This document shows, in pieces, positions 17,969-28,127 of a DNA stretch of 64,000 nucleotides. The translations under genes were made by a program, and so were the position numbers. The notes under the pieces are model-generated. The model searched no databases. It worked only from the letters and a program-made list of their open reading frames with translations, and was not told where the DNA came from. How positions within the stretch are numbered: the stretch's first letter is position 1; the number at the start of each line of letters is the position of its first letter. The stretch comes from Verrucomicrobiota bacterium (lineage in GTDB: Bacteria > Verrucomicrobiota > Verrucomicrobiia > Limisphaerales > SXQI01): NCBI GenBank assembly GCA_033762115.1, contig JANRLX010000107.1:1-64000 (forward strand), read 5' to 3'.

Positions 17969-20587
17969 ATGAAGTCCAGGTCTGAACGAACTGCAAAGCC
18001 ATCTCAATCGGCCAGCGGTCCCGAATCCTCTGCGGGAAATCCGCAGTCTCCATCGGGCAACGAGGCATTGCAGACCTCCAGGGAAAAAGTTCAATCAGCC
18101 AACGAGGAACTGCAGCGAAAGATCGAGGAAACAGACCAGGCAAACATTGAATTGCGGCGAGCCCATCAGGAGCGTGCCATCTATGTCGCGATCGTCGATT
18201 CATCAGATGACGCCATCATTAGCAAAACTTTGGACGGGATCGTGACAACATGGAACAAGGCAGCGGAAAAAATTTTCGGCTACTCAGCCGCAGAAATGGT
18301 GGGCCAATCAATCACCAGGATTTTTCCTGAGGACAGGCTTCATGAAGAAAGTTATGTGCTGAGCCAAATTCGCAATGGCCAAAAAATCGAACATTTTGAA
18401 ACAGTTCGTCGCACCAGGGATGGAACATTATTGGATATCTCAGTGACGATTTCACCGGTCAAGGATGCATCCGGCCGTATTATTGGGGCTTCCAAAATCG
18501 CGCGCAACGTGACGGCTCAGAAGGCCGCCGCCCGCGCAGCACAGCTTTTGGCCTCCATTGTCGATTCTTCCGATGACGCGATTATTAGCAAACGACTCGA
18601 TGGAATCATCACGAGCTGGAATAAAGCGGCCGAAAAAATATTCGGCTACACAGCGGAAGAAATGATCGGGCAATCCATCACCCGGCTGTTCCCAATGGAT
18701 CGCCTGCAAGAAGAGCCTCAAATTATCTCGCGTATTGGGCAGGGCCATCGCGTGGAGCATTTTGAGACCGTTCGCAAAACCAAGGACGGCAGAAATATCC
18801 ATGTGTCCCTGACAATTTCGCCAGTAAAGGATGCAGAAGGCAGGATCATTGGAGCCTCGAAAATTGCGCGTGATATCTCAAGGCAAAAACAGGCTGAAGA
18901 GTCACTGCGGCGCAACGAGGAGCAACTGCGAACTATGGCTGATTCGATTCCTTTGCTTGCATGGATGGCTGAAGCAAACGGAAATGTTTTCTGGTACAAC
19001 CGTCGTTGGTACGAATATACAGGAACAACTTTTGAGCAAATGCAAGGATGGGGCTGGCAGGCTGTCCATGATCCCAGGATTTTGCCCTCCGTAAATGAAC
19101 GATGGAACGAGTCGCTCCGGACGGGGACGCCCTTCGAAATGGAGTTTCCACTCCGTGGGGCGGACGGCGAGTTTCGCTGGTTTCTTACGCGTGTGAGTCC
19201 TATGAAGGATACGGAAGGACAGGTGATCCGATGGTTTGGGACAAACACAAACATTGATGAAGCGCGGAAAGCCCGCCAGGAACTTGAGGAAGAAACGCGC
19301 ATCCTCGAATTGTTGAATGACACCGGGTCTGCCATTGCATCAGAACTGAATCTGGAGAAGCTTCTGCAACAGGTCACGGACGCAGGCACAAAATTGAGTG
19401 GCGCAAAATTTGGCGCTTTCTTTTATAATTCCGTTAACGAAAAGGGTGAGTCTTATCTGCTCTACACCTTGTCCGGCGCTCCTCGGGAAGCTTTTGAAAA
19501 GTTCGGCCTGCCACGCAACACACCCATCTTTCATCCCACATTTCGAGGCGATGGCATCGTGCGTCTGGATGACGTAACCAGGGATTCCCGTTATGGCACC
19601 ATGGCTCCGCATCACGGCATGCCAAAAGGCCATCTTCCCGTCCGCAGCTATTTGGCCGCCCCCGTCATTTCGAGGTCTGGGGAGGTCATCGGTGGGCTTT
19701 TCTTTGGTCATCCTGAACCGGGTGTGTTCACCGAACGATCCGAACGGCTGATCGTGGGCATTGCAGCGCAGGCAGCCGTGGCAATTGACAACGCCCGCCT
19801 TTTTGAAACCGCGCAACGCGAAATAGCACATCGCAGGGGAGTTGAACTTGCCCTGCAGAAAACCAAAGAGGAGCTTGAAGATCGGGTGCAGGAGCGCACA
19901 GCATCATTGCGTGAAACCACAGAGCAACTCGAAACTTTTTGTTATTCCGTGGCGCATGACCTGCGATCTCCCCTCCGCACACAGCAGAGCTTTGCGCAGG
20001 CGCTGCTCGATAGTCACGACAAACAACTGGACGCGGAAGGCCGCGAATACGCCACACGCATCCTTAGATCAGCCCAGCGGCTGGATCGGTTGGTCAATGA
20101 CCTGCTCACCTATTCCCGTCTTAGCCGCACCGAACTTAAATTCGAAAATGTCCCACTGGAAAAAGTGGTGGCTGACGTGATGAGATTCCTGGCCGATGAA
20201 ATTCAGCGGAGTGCCGGAGAGATTACAATCGGCACCCTTCACTCAGTCGTTGCTTTTGAGCCCACGCTTAATCTGATCATCACGAACCTCATTACAAATG
20301 CCCTGAAATTCGTGAAACCGGGAGAATCACCAAAAATTCACATTTGCAGCGAAAAGCGTGACAACAAAGTCCGCCTTTGGATTGAGGATAATGGGATTGG
20401 CATCCGTCCGGAAGGGCTGAACAAAATTTTCGGTGTTTTCCAACGCCTTCATCCCGTTAATAAATACCCTGGAACCGGCATCGGGCTGGCCATAGTTCAA
20501 AAGGGCGCCGAACGAATGGGCGGTAAAGCCGGCGTTGAATCAGAATCTGGTAAAGGAAGCCGTTTTTGGGTGGAACTTCCCGCCTGA
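17969..20587 (+). CDS. PAS-PAS-PAS-GAF sensor histidine kinase
   Basis: Two near-identical PAS domains (IVDSSDDAIISK), a third PAS, GAF, HisKA (SVAHDLRSPL) and HATPase (GTGIGLAIV). Confidence 0.95.
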   Translation: MKSRSERTAKPSQSASGPESSAGNPQSPSGNEALQTSREKVQSANEELQRKIEETDQANIELRRAHQERAIYVAIVDSSDDAIISKTLDGIVTTWNKAAEKIFGYSAAEMVGQSITRIFPEDRLHEESYVLSQIRNGQKIEHFETVRRTRDGTLLDISVTISPVKDASGRIIGASKIARNVTAQKAAARAAQLLASIVDSSDDAIISKRLDGIITSWNKAAEKIFGYTAEEMIGQSITRLFPMDRLQEEPQIISRIGQGHRVEHFETVRKTKDGRNIHVSLTISPVKDAEGRIIGASKIARDISRQKQAEESLRRNEEQLRTMADSIPLLAWMAEANGNVFWYNRRWYEYTGTTFEQMQGWGWQAVHDPRILPSVNERWNESLRTGTPFEMEFPLRGADGEFRWFLTRVSPMKDTEGQVIRWFGTNTNIDEARKARQELEEETRILELLNDTGSAIASELNLEKLLQQVTDAGTKLSGAKFGAFFYNSVNEKGESYLLYTLSGAPREAFEKFGLPRNTPIFHPTFRGDGIVRLDDVTRDSRYGTMAPHHGMPKGHLPVRSYLAAPVISRSGEVIGGLFFGHPEPGVFTERSERLIVGIAAQAAVAIDNARLFETAQREIAHRRGVELALQKTKEELEDRVQERTASLRETTEQLETFCYSVAHDLRSPLRTQQSFAQALLDSHDKQLDAEGREYATRILRSAQRLDRLVNDLLTYSRLSRTELKFENVPLEKVVADVMRFLADEIQRSAGEITIGTLHSVVAFEPTLNLIITNLITNALKFVKPGESPKIHICSEKRDNKVRLWIEDNGIGIRPEGLNKIFGVFQRLHPVNKYPGTGIGLAIVQKGAERMGGKAGVESESGKGSRFWVELPA

Positions 20588-20591
20588 TCGG

Positions 20592-20993
20592 TTAAGCCCA
20601 CTTCCTTAAATAATCCATTACGTCATGAAGATCTGGTGACTTGATAAAATACCCGGTCACACAAAGTTCGCTCGCTTTCTTCACATCTTTTGGGTCATCG
20701 GAGGAACTGAGGATCAAGCTTGGGACCTTGCCAAAACCTTCCTGCCCACGCAACCAATCCAGCACCTCAAAACCGCCTTTAATGGGCATTTTCAGATCAA
20801 GTATCAAAAGGTCAGGCAAAGGATACTTCTGGCGATCCATAAAACCATCCCTTCCTTCAAGCCATGCAATGACCTGTTCCCCATCATCCACCATATGCAT
20901 CTGGTGGGACACGCCGGAACGGCGAAACATCATTTTAAAAATCAAGGCATCGTCCGGATTGTCTTCTGCAACCAATATATTTCTGACATTCAT
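20592..20993 (-). CDS. Single-domain response regulator
   Basis: ILVAEDNPDD, LLILDLKMP and YFIK receiver motifs. Confidence 0.93.
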   Translation of the reverse strand: MNVRNILVAEDNPDDALIFKMMFRRSGVSHQMHMVDDGEQVIAWLEGRDGFMDRQKYPLPDLLILDLKMPIKGGFEVLDWLRGQEGFGKVPSLILSSSDDPKDVKKASELCVTGYFIKSPDLHDVMDYLRKWA

Positions 20994-21298
20994 ACTTACC
21001 CATGGAACAGGAAGGCGTTCACCGCGGACCTGGGCGTGGGACAGGAAGGTTAACTCATTTTTTCACGACCGCAAAACTTCACATCGCTTTTAGAAGTTCC
21101 TCCAAACGCACATTTGTGCAATTGCTTGATCTCGTACCTGCCTTGACCACCTAGCCAGCGGCTCCCATTCAAACGAGCAGACTATCAAAAGCATGAAGTA
21201 GGATGCAAACCCACGTAAAACAATACGTGTGGCGAAGAAGCGTTGGATTCCTGATTTGCCGCAACGCTTATAGCAAACGCGATAGTGACACCACCCAC

Positions 21299-22828
21299 CT
21301 AAATTTCCTTCAGATGATTAATTGTCGGACCGTTCAACACACTGCCATATCCGTCATACCGCGATCCATGACAGGGACAATCCCAAGTTTTCTCAAGGTT
21401 ATTCCAGCGGACCACGCATCCGAGGTGACGGCAGATGGCCGACCGCTCAGTCAACGCTCCGTTCTCATCGCGATAAGCGGCCACGATATGTCCTCCACGG
21501 CGGAGGATTGCGCCCTCTCCTCGCTTGATTTCATCGACTGACTTGACCTCCCCGGGCTTAAGCAAATCGCTATACTGGGCCGCAACATTGAGGTTCTCAC
21601 GCGCATATTCCTTGACGGATTCTTTCGCGAACGTTTTACGGGCAGGATCATATAAGGTCTCCCACCGGTTTTCCCGGCCCGCGATCAAATCAGTCACCAA
21701 CATCCCGCCAATCGTCCCATGCGTCATTCCATTCCCGGAGTCTCCTGTGATGACATACACTTTTCGACCGTGAACCGGATTTCGTCCAATCAATCCAAGT
21801 TTATCGACCGGTTCCATGACCTGCCCGGACCAGCGATAAAGAACTTCGCCAGCCATCGGGTAACGCTGCCGCGTCCAATCAATCAAATTCTGGAATGGCT
21901 TCTCATCTGCGTCCGGTTGCCCGGTTTTGTGATCCTCTCCGCCCACAATCAGGATATCACTTTCACCACTGGAGGCGCTGCTGAGATCAAGCCGAACGTA
22001 ATGATACGGCATGTCATTGTCCCAAAGTAAAATTGCTTTAAGGCTTCCACGAGGAACTTTTAACCCCACAACATACGTCCGATAAGCGGCCTGTTTATTG
22101 TGAATCACTAACCGATCATTCACAGGCGTATTGGTTGCCATCACCACCTCATCCGCGATGACCGTTCGTCCGCCTGTAGTGATAATGCGCAAGGGTGTCT
22201 CTTCATGCAGATCACAGACATGTGCTTCAGAATAAATGGACCCTCCCAGCTTAAGTATGTTTTCGGCCAGGCCGCGAAGATATTTAAATGGATGGAATTG
22301 AGCCTGCCTCGGGAATCGCAATGCCCTGCCGGTATCAAATGGCACTGGCGCTTTTTCAACAAGTTCCACCGGCAATCCGGCGCGTTGTGCGGCCTCAAAT
22401 TCGCGATCAATGTTCCTGGGATCACCCCCCGGGGGCTCAAATAGAAACCCATCCACCCGCTTAAAATCGCATTCGATATGATACTTGGTGACAATCTCCT
22501 CAATCTTGTCGATGGCCGCACTGTGGCTTTGGGCAGCCAGGCGAATGCCGTCTATTCCATGCATGCTTTCCAAATCGTAATATCGGTCATCAAGGGCATT
22601 GACAATATGCGCAGTGGTCCTCCCCGTTTCGCCGCCTCCAATCGGGCCGTCATCCAGCACGACTACTTGATGACCTTCCTCCGCCAGTAAAAGAGCAGTG
22701 GTTAAACCGGAAATACCAGCGCCTATGATGCATATCTCCGTGCGCAAATCCGAGTGCAGCGGAGTTGGAACCGCCATCCTGGTTGATTCCCACCATACAG
22801 ACACTGTTTTTCCCGAATCCAACTTCAT
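21299..22828 (-). CDS. FAD-dependent oxidoreductase with C-terminal Rieske [2Fe-2S] domain (YhfW-like)
   Basis: GAGISG dinucleotide-binding motif; CRHLGC and [11 protein letters not shown]ieske motifs. Confidence 0.93.
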   Translation of the reverse strand: MKLDSGKTVSVWWESTRMAVPTPLHSDLRTEICIIGAGISGLTTALLLAEEGHQVVVLDDGPIGGGETGRTTAHIVNALDDRYYDLESMHGIDGIRLAAQSHSAAIDKIEEIVTKYHIECDFKRVDGFLFEPPGGDPRNIDREFEAAQRAGLPVELVEKAPVPFDTGRALRFPRQAQFHPFKYLRGLAENILKLGGSIYSEAHVCDLHEETPLRIITTGGRTVIADEVVMATNTPVNDRLVIHNKQAAYRTYVVGLKVPRGSLKAILLWDNDMPYHYVRLDLSSASSGESDILIVGGEDHKTGQPDADEKPFQNLIDWTRQRYPMAGEVLYRWSGQVMEPVDKLGLIGRNPVHGRKVYVITGDSGNGMTHGTIGGMLVTDLIAGRENRWETLYDPARKTFAKESVKEYARENLNVAAQYSDLLKPGEVKSVDEIKRGEGAILRRGGHIVAAYRDENGALTERSAICRHLGCVVRWNNLEKTWDCPCHGSRYDGYGSVLNGPTINHLKEI

Positions 22829-23046
22829 AATCTATCCCTTCAACCAAACTAAACCTCCTTCGTTCACTTTACAATTGGGTCATCCTTCACCCTAGTCTTT
22901 TGAAGTTCATAGATCGAATCAGATCCTGGCTGTGGATGACTTGTAGAAACAAATATGAACATGGGGCCAAGGAGAATTTGGTGGGAATTAACAACGCCGA
23001 AAATGGGTAATTCTTTCATGAGCAGGTACTTATTGAATCATGGCTG

Positions 23047-23103
23047 TGGGAGATGGGTGGGAACTGTCTGGGACGGGTTGGGAGGAAGTGGGAACAAGTG
23101 GGA
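23047..23103 (+). repeat. Helically phased TGGGA direct-repeat array
   Basis: TGGGA at 23047, 23058, 23069, 23079, 23089 and 23099 (spacings 11, 11, 10, 10, 10). Confidence 0.8.
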
Positions 23104-23654
23104 ATTCCAAGCCTTTCCCAGTGTGGCTGGGGCCTTGTCCGGGCTGTTTCGCAGGGTCTGTGCCATGGAGCGATGGATCTCGGTGAGATGACATGGTCGT
23201 GAAGCATGTTTCGGTAAATGCTTAAATATGGTCATAGGTTACAGGGGTTGGTTGGGCATACTGGATGTCTTTCATTATTTATGACCGGCACTGTTCCGGG
23301 TCGAGGCATGGAGGTAGCGTGAACCATGGGTGGTCTTTTGTTGTATTGGGGGCTTTGCCGGGGCGTCGAGTGGGCGGACCGGAAAAGTCACCGGGTTTCA
23401 GTTGCTGATTATTTGGTCAATCGGTCATAATTTTTCCTGACATGGATGAGAGCTTAGAGCCTCGTTTGAATGCTGTCAATTAAAACAGTATTGGGTTTGT
23501 GTGGCACGCTTTAACAGTGAGATCAAACGTTTACATTAATCAGATTCAAGCGTGTGCGCGTCAGTTCGGATGCTGATGTGAAGCTGTGGTAGAACAGAAC
23601 GATTGATAGTCTCTGTCTGTTTGTCCGGTTTTTGCGGAGTGCGGCAGATATATT

Positions 23655-25256
23655 GTGTCAATGAACGACAGACTCAGTGATGGCGCGCTCGTCTGCTCCT
23701 ACGTCAAGGAGGGGGCGGAACCCGCCTTTCGTTCTCTGGTTGGAAGGCATGTGGACCTGGTTTTTGCGACGGCGTTGCGACAGGTGGGGGACCGTGGAAT
23801 GGCTGAAGAGATCACCCAGAATGTGTTTGTGACACTGTCTCGAAAGGCTCCAAGATTGGCAGGGTACGAGACTCTTGCGGGGTGGCTGCACAAAACAACA
23901 TTGTTTGAAGCCCGCGCACGAATCCGTAGCGAATTGCGCCGAAAGCACCGGGAACGGACCGCAGCTGAAATTCATGCCCTTGCTGAAGGACATTCTCCAT
24001 TGGAAGCGTTGGTGCCGATTTTGGATGAAGCACTCCTTTCCCTGCGTGAAAACGACCGGACTGCTGTCATCAGCAGGTTTTTCGAGAAAAAGAGCCTGCG
24101 GGAGGTCGGGGCGGAGCTGGGGGTGGATGAAGATGCGGCGCGCAAAAGAGTTTCCCGGGCGTTGGAACGGTTGACGGCGTTCTTCCGCACGAGAGGATTC
24201 GCGGTCCCGGCGGGGAGTGGTCTTGCAGCGGTGTTTGATGCGGGGGCGCAGGCAGCTCCCGCCATGCTTGCGAGCAGCGTGGCACAATGTGGCATCGGAG
24301 CCGGGGCAGCGTCAGGGCTCAAGCTTCTAGCATTCAATCTTATGGTGATGTCCAAAGTAAAGACAGCGGTGCTATGCGCGGCTGTGTTCTCGGTCCCAAT
24401 ATTGTTGCAGATGAAGGCGGGGTTGGATCTCTCGGGGAAGCGCACGGATTTGCTTGCCCAGATCGGGCAGCAACAGCAAGTCCTCGCGGAGTTAACGCAG
24501 GAACGGGATGAGATGCGGCAGGCGTTCGTGCGCGTGCGGAATGACCGGACACTGGCGGAAGCACGTGCTGATGAATTCCGGCTGCGGAAACAAAGGGGAG
24601 AAGTGCAGCAATATGAATGGAGTGACGAGCGTCCAGTTGTCCGCATGCCCAAAGAGTACCTGAAATATTTGAACCTTTCGGCGTTTACAAACGTCACGGG
24701 AAAGATCAGCAGGCCAATGATTGAATTGCTGCAACTGAATGAAGATGAAACGGCACAATTACAAGAGGCGACGGATTCGCTCCTGGTTTCATTTCAGGCG
24801 GTGCAAGCGCGTTCAATGACTTACGAAGCGCCGATAGCGGGAGATACGATCAAAAATCCGGCTGCTGAAGAACGAATTTTCAAGTTCGCGGATGTGAGGG
24901 AGGAGTATCAAAAGCTCAGGGGCGAATATTTAAGGGCGGCTGAAGAGTTGCTGGGGCAAGAGCGGTTTGAGGTGTTCCGAAAGGGGCTGGCAGATTGGCT
25001 GCCCCTTGACCCGGAGTCCAGAGACAGCCGGTCCAGTGACTCGCTCGCGGCGGTCGCGCATTCGATCACATGCAAAGCGCCGGACCCTGAACAGGGATGG
25101 CGCCTTTGGTGGCAGATACAGTTCGAGGAAGGCTCGATGTCGCTCTGGAGGGAGCCGGAGGAGGTGCCAGCAATGATGGCCCATTACCTGCAGGACTGGA
25201 TCATGCTGGCGCTCCAGAAGCGAAGTGAAACGGCTTCAACCGAGGCATTTCGATGA
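23655..25256 (+). CDS. ECF sigma factor with TM segment, coiled coil and long C-terminal extension
   Basis: Regions 2 and 4 (AEEITQNVF, LAGWLH, AARKRVSRALERL), then an Ala-rich linker, a hydrophobic segment, a coiled coil and a ~210-aa C-terminal domain. Confidence 0.9.
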   Translation: MSMNDRLSDGALVCSYVKEGAEPAFRSLVGRHVDLVFATALRQVGDRGMAEEITQNVFVTLSRKAPRLAGYETLAGWLHKTTLFEARARIRSELRRKHRERTAAEIHALAEGHSPLEALVPILDEALLSLRENDRTAVISRFFEKKSLREVGAELGVDEDAARKRVSRALERLTAFFRTRGFAVPAGSGLAAVFDAGAQAAPAMLASSVAQCGIGAGAASGLKLLAFNLMVMSKVKTAVLCAAVFSVPILLQMKAGLDLSGKRTDLLAQIGQQQQVLAELTQERDEMRQAFVRVRNDRTLAEARADEFRLRKQRGEVQQYEWSDERPVVRMPKEYLKYLNLSAFTNVTGKISRPMIELLQLNEDETAQLQEATDSLLVSFQAVQARSMTYEAPIAGDTIKNPAAEERIFKFADVREEYQKLRGEYLRAAEELLGQERFEVFRKGLADWLPLDPESRDSRSSDSLAAVAHSITCKAPDPEQGWRLWWQIQFEEGSMSLWREPEEVPAMMAHYLQDWIMLALQKRSETASTEAFR

Positions 25257-26125
25257 GATCGCGTGCAATTTTCACTTTTGTCCTCCTTGCCGCGGGATTG
25301 TGGATGATTTTGCACCAGTATTCGCGTGTGACCAGGAGCCGGGCTGAATTGAAAAAGATGACGGCTGAAATTTCAGCGTTGGAAAGTGAAGGCAGCCGAT
25401 TGCGAGTCGAGATCAACTCTCTCCAGGAGGAGCTTCGACGAGAGAGCATCGCGGCGGAATTTGCCCGGGCGGCTGAATCGAACGCGAAGGTCGAGTTCGT
25501 CGCCATGTCTTCAGAATCACAATGGGCTGAACCCCCGGAAGCATTGCCGGAGTGGAACCCAGCCTCACCGTTCGTGTGGGTGTCCAAGGGCATTTTGGCC
25601 CAAATCCCGATGGAGCCGTTCTCGAAGAACGGGGAACTGAATCGAGGAGTCGCGGAAGTGTTGGGGATCAACTCAGAGACCAGGAGGGAGCTGGATCAGT
25701 TTATGGCTGCAGAACTGGAGCGGTTCAGGAACCTGGAGCTGACAAATGTGTTTTTAAGTACGAACCATTTGCCGGGAGTGAATGAAATCGAAGGCAGGAA
25801 AATGACAATCGAACTGCGGCCCCCTGTGGAGGCCGGGGCACAGTTCAGCGAGCGGCTGACGGCATTGATGGCGAGCAAACTCGGACCACAGCGGGCAGGA
25901 ATCCTGATGGAGCAAGGAAAGCAATGGTTTGCAAAGAGTGTCTCTACTTTCGAACCGAAGGTGATTTCCGTCGGATGGCACCCAAACAAAGGCTATAGGT
26001 TTGCCATCAAGGGTGCGGGTACATGGAAGTCGTTCGGCGGGCTTTCAGGTTTGCAGGGACATCTTCCAGACCATCTGTTGCCGTTCTTTGCTGATCTGGC
26101 AGAGGTCCAGCCGGAGAACGAGTAG
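25253..26125 (+). CDS. Membrane-anchored hypothetical protein paralogous to the C-terminal extension of the upstream sigma factor
   Basis: N-terminal TM plus coiled coil; ATGA coupling with the sigma gene; shared W..P.V...K..L and LG.(E/Q)R motifs. Confidence 0.75.
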   Translation: MRSRAIFTFVLLAAGLWMILHQYSRVTRSRAELKKMTAEISALESEGSRLRVEINSLQEELRRESIAAEFARAAESNAKVEFVAMSSESQWAEPPEALPEWNPASPFVWVSKGILAQIPMEPFSKNGELNRGVAEVLGINSETRRELDQFMAAELERFRNLELTNVFLSTNHLPGVNEIEGRKMTIELRPPVEAGAQFSERLTALMASKLGPQRAGILMEQGKQWFAKSVSTFEPKVISVGWHPNKGYRFAIKGAGTWKSFGGLSGLQGHLPDHLLPFFADLAEVQPENE

Positions 26126-26270
26126 GCACGGTGGATTGGGGGAAATCAGAACTCGATTGTGAGATAGGCATCCTCGATATGCCTGCCCTTCGCCCGTGTC
26201 AGAGCTGATGACTGTCCATTGTTTGTGAGTTCCCGGTCCCAAAGTATGGTATAATAATCCAGGAGGTTAC

Positions 26271-26837
26271 ATGGGTTTGGAATCCGCGATTATGAATTTG
26301 CCCCCCTTTGATGAGGCGAGAGGGATGTTGAATGTCATCATTGAAACTCCGAAAGGATGTCGCAACAAGTACAACTACGATTCTGACCTCAAGCTCTTTC
26401 GCTTGAAAAAGGTGTTACCTGCCGGTGCTGTCTTCCCCTTTGATTTTGGCTTTGTCCCTTCCACTCTGGGGGATGATGGGGATCCGCTGGATGTGCTGCT
26501 TTTGATGGAGGAGCCCGCGTTTCCAGGCTGTCTGGTCAGGGCGCAACTCATTGGGGCACTTCAGGCGAAGCAAACCCAAAACGGACGAACCGAGAGGAAT
26601 GACCGCTTGATTGCCACGGCTGAAAAAATGCAAAGCTTTTGCCACATCTCCACCTTAACAGGCTTGAATCCTGACTTGTTGGAGCAAATTGAGCATTTTT
26701 TTGTTTCCTACAATACCGTTGCAGGAAAAACCTTCAAAGTGCTTAGAAGATCAGGCCCGGAAGTGGCAAAGGAATTGGTTTTACACGGTCAGCGACGCTT
26801 TCTGGCTGCAAAAGAGCAAAAGATTTCAGAGGAATGA
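26271..26837 (+). CDS. ppa: Family I inorganic pyrophosphatase
   Basis: IETPKG.RNKY, DDGDPLDV and IEHFFVSY motifs. AGGAGG Shine-Dalgarno and extended -10 TGGTATAAT (26247-26255). Confidence 0.93.
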   Translation: MGLESAIMNLPPFDEARGMLNVIIETPKGCRNKYNYDSDLKLFRLKKVLPAGAVFPFDFGFVPSTLGDDGDPLDVLLLMEEPAFPGCLVRAQLIGALQAKQTQNGRTERNDRLIATAEKMQSFCHISTLTGLNPDLLEQIEHFFVSYNTVAGKTFKVLRRSGPEVAKELVLHGQRRFLAAKEQKISEE

Positions 26838-26858
26838 TCATCCAGCGATTCTTGAAAC

Positions 26859-26891
26859 AAAAAAGCCGCCATGGATTCCCACGGCGGCTTT
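26859..26891. terminator. Intrinsic terminator between convergent ppa and PEP-CTERM genes
   Basis: AAAAAAGCCGCC...GGCGGCTTT hairpin; the longer U tract is on the minus strand. Confidence 0.75.
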
Positions 26892-26909
26892 CGTAAAATT
26901 GAGAATTGA

Positions 26910-27710
26910 TTAAACTTTGCGCTTGCGGCGGAGAATGTCCAAACCAACGAGGCCTGCCCCCAGGATCATTGCGTAATGCTGCACTTCCGGCACAGGAACT
27001 TGTTGGAAATCAGTCCTAAAAACCTGCTGCTCAAGGTCTTCAGTGGTGATCACCAGACGTTGAACGGAACTGCCCACCGCGCCTGCCATGATGTATTCCC
27101 CACAGAGAAGCCCATTACCGTTGTAATAGGTCTCAGCTGTTGGGACACTGCCCCCAACCGAGAACCAGCCGCCTGCATTAAGAGCGATATCCTCAATCGC
27201 ATTCGCATTCAGCTGGATCGTTTGCAGGCTGTTTGCTGCGGCAGTCTTGAAAATTTCCACACTCCCATAAACATCGCCCCCGACCAAATCCCCGTAAATT
27301 CCTGCATTGGCAGAGTTATTGTTGTTCAGGGTCAAATAGGGTGTCGAAACATCATGCAGCTGGAAAATTTCGCTCGAGTCAGGTGAACCATAAGCTAATG
27401 TGGTGAGCTCGATACGTGCCGAGGTAATCTGTTTTCCGGCAAGGTTCAGTCCGCTGAGATTGAAGGTGAAAAAATTGGCAATTGAATGCACAACTCTTTT
27501 TCCCGCTTCAGTTTCGGCATAAAGACCAGCAATGACTCCCTGATTGCTGTCACTGTTTCCGCGTGTGGGAGACCAATACCCCTGGTTCCGAACCCCTGCG
27601 TCGATCATGAAATCCGACGTGGTTGTGGAAAAGGTGTACTCTGCCGCGCTTGAGGTCACAAAACCTGAGAGGCCAAGCAGCACGCCGCTCAAGATCAAGG
27701 TTTTTTTCAT
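26910..27710 (-). CDS. PEP-CTERM-type exported protein
   Basis: Signal peptide MKKTLILSG; Ser/Thr/Asn-rich body; C-terminal VPVPEV + TM + RRKRK. Confidence 0.85.
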   Translation of the reverse strand: MKKTLILSGVLLGLSGFVTSSAAEYTFSTTTSDFMIDAGVRNQGYWSPTRGNSDSNQGVIAGLYAETEAGKRVVHSIANFFTFNLSGLNLAGKQITSARIELTTLAYGSPDSSEIFQLHDVSTPYLTLNNNNSANAGIYGDLVGGDVYGSVEIFKTAAANSLQTIQLNANAIEDIALNAGGWFSVGGSVPTAETYYNGNGLLCGEYIMAGAVGSSVQRLVITTEDLEQQVFRTDFQQVPVPEVQHYAMILGAGLVGLDILRRKRKV

Positions 27711-27835
27711 GGTAATTACGTCATTTACAAAAAGAAAAGACACCGGTCGCGTTTTTGCGTCTTCACCGCTGGTGTGGCAGTTACCAGCAGTTCCGAAAGT
27801 GTCCTGATATTTTCTTTTTTGCACACTTAGCAGAC

Positions 27836-27852
27836 AGCACTTAGCTTGCCAA
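27836..27852 (-). promoter_or_regulatory. Candidate sigma54 promoter of the PEP-CTERM gene
   Basis: Minus strand TTGGCAAGCTAAGTGCT (GG-N10-GC). Confidence 0.55.
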
Positions 27853-28127
27853 GCTTTTAATTCTCACATTCGATAATCAAAATGGGTTTGATCCTCATTC
27901 CGATTATTATTCGTAAGTTCTTGCGGCAAAGCTGTTCAGTGACCTGCCAAAGCGCATTCCTTGATTCCATCGGCAAAATACAGTTTTTCTTAAATCTGAT
28001 AGCCAGAAGCATCCACAGGCAGATCTGCGAAGATGCAACAACGATCAGGGCCTGAAATCCAGACCTTCGGTGGGGTCACCTGAATAATCTTTAACGCTGC
28101 CAATAATTTGCTACTTTGGGCCACCCC

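Noticed and set aside
18180..18880. Internal direct repeat in the kinase gene
   Set aside because: Ordinary tandem PAS domain duplication.
22829..23654. oriC, dif site, tRNA or IS in the long intergenic gap
   Set aside because: No DnaA-box cluster, convincing dif consensus, cloverleaf or transposase remnant seen.
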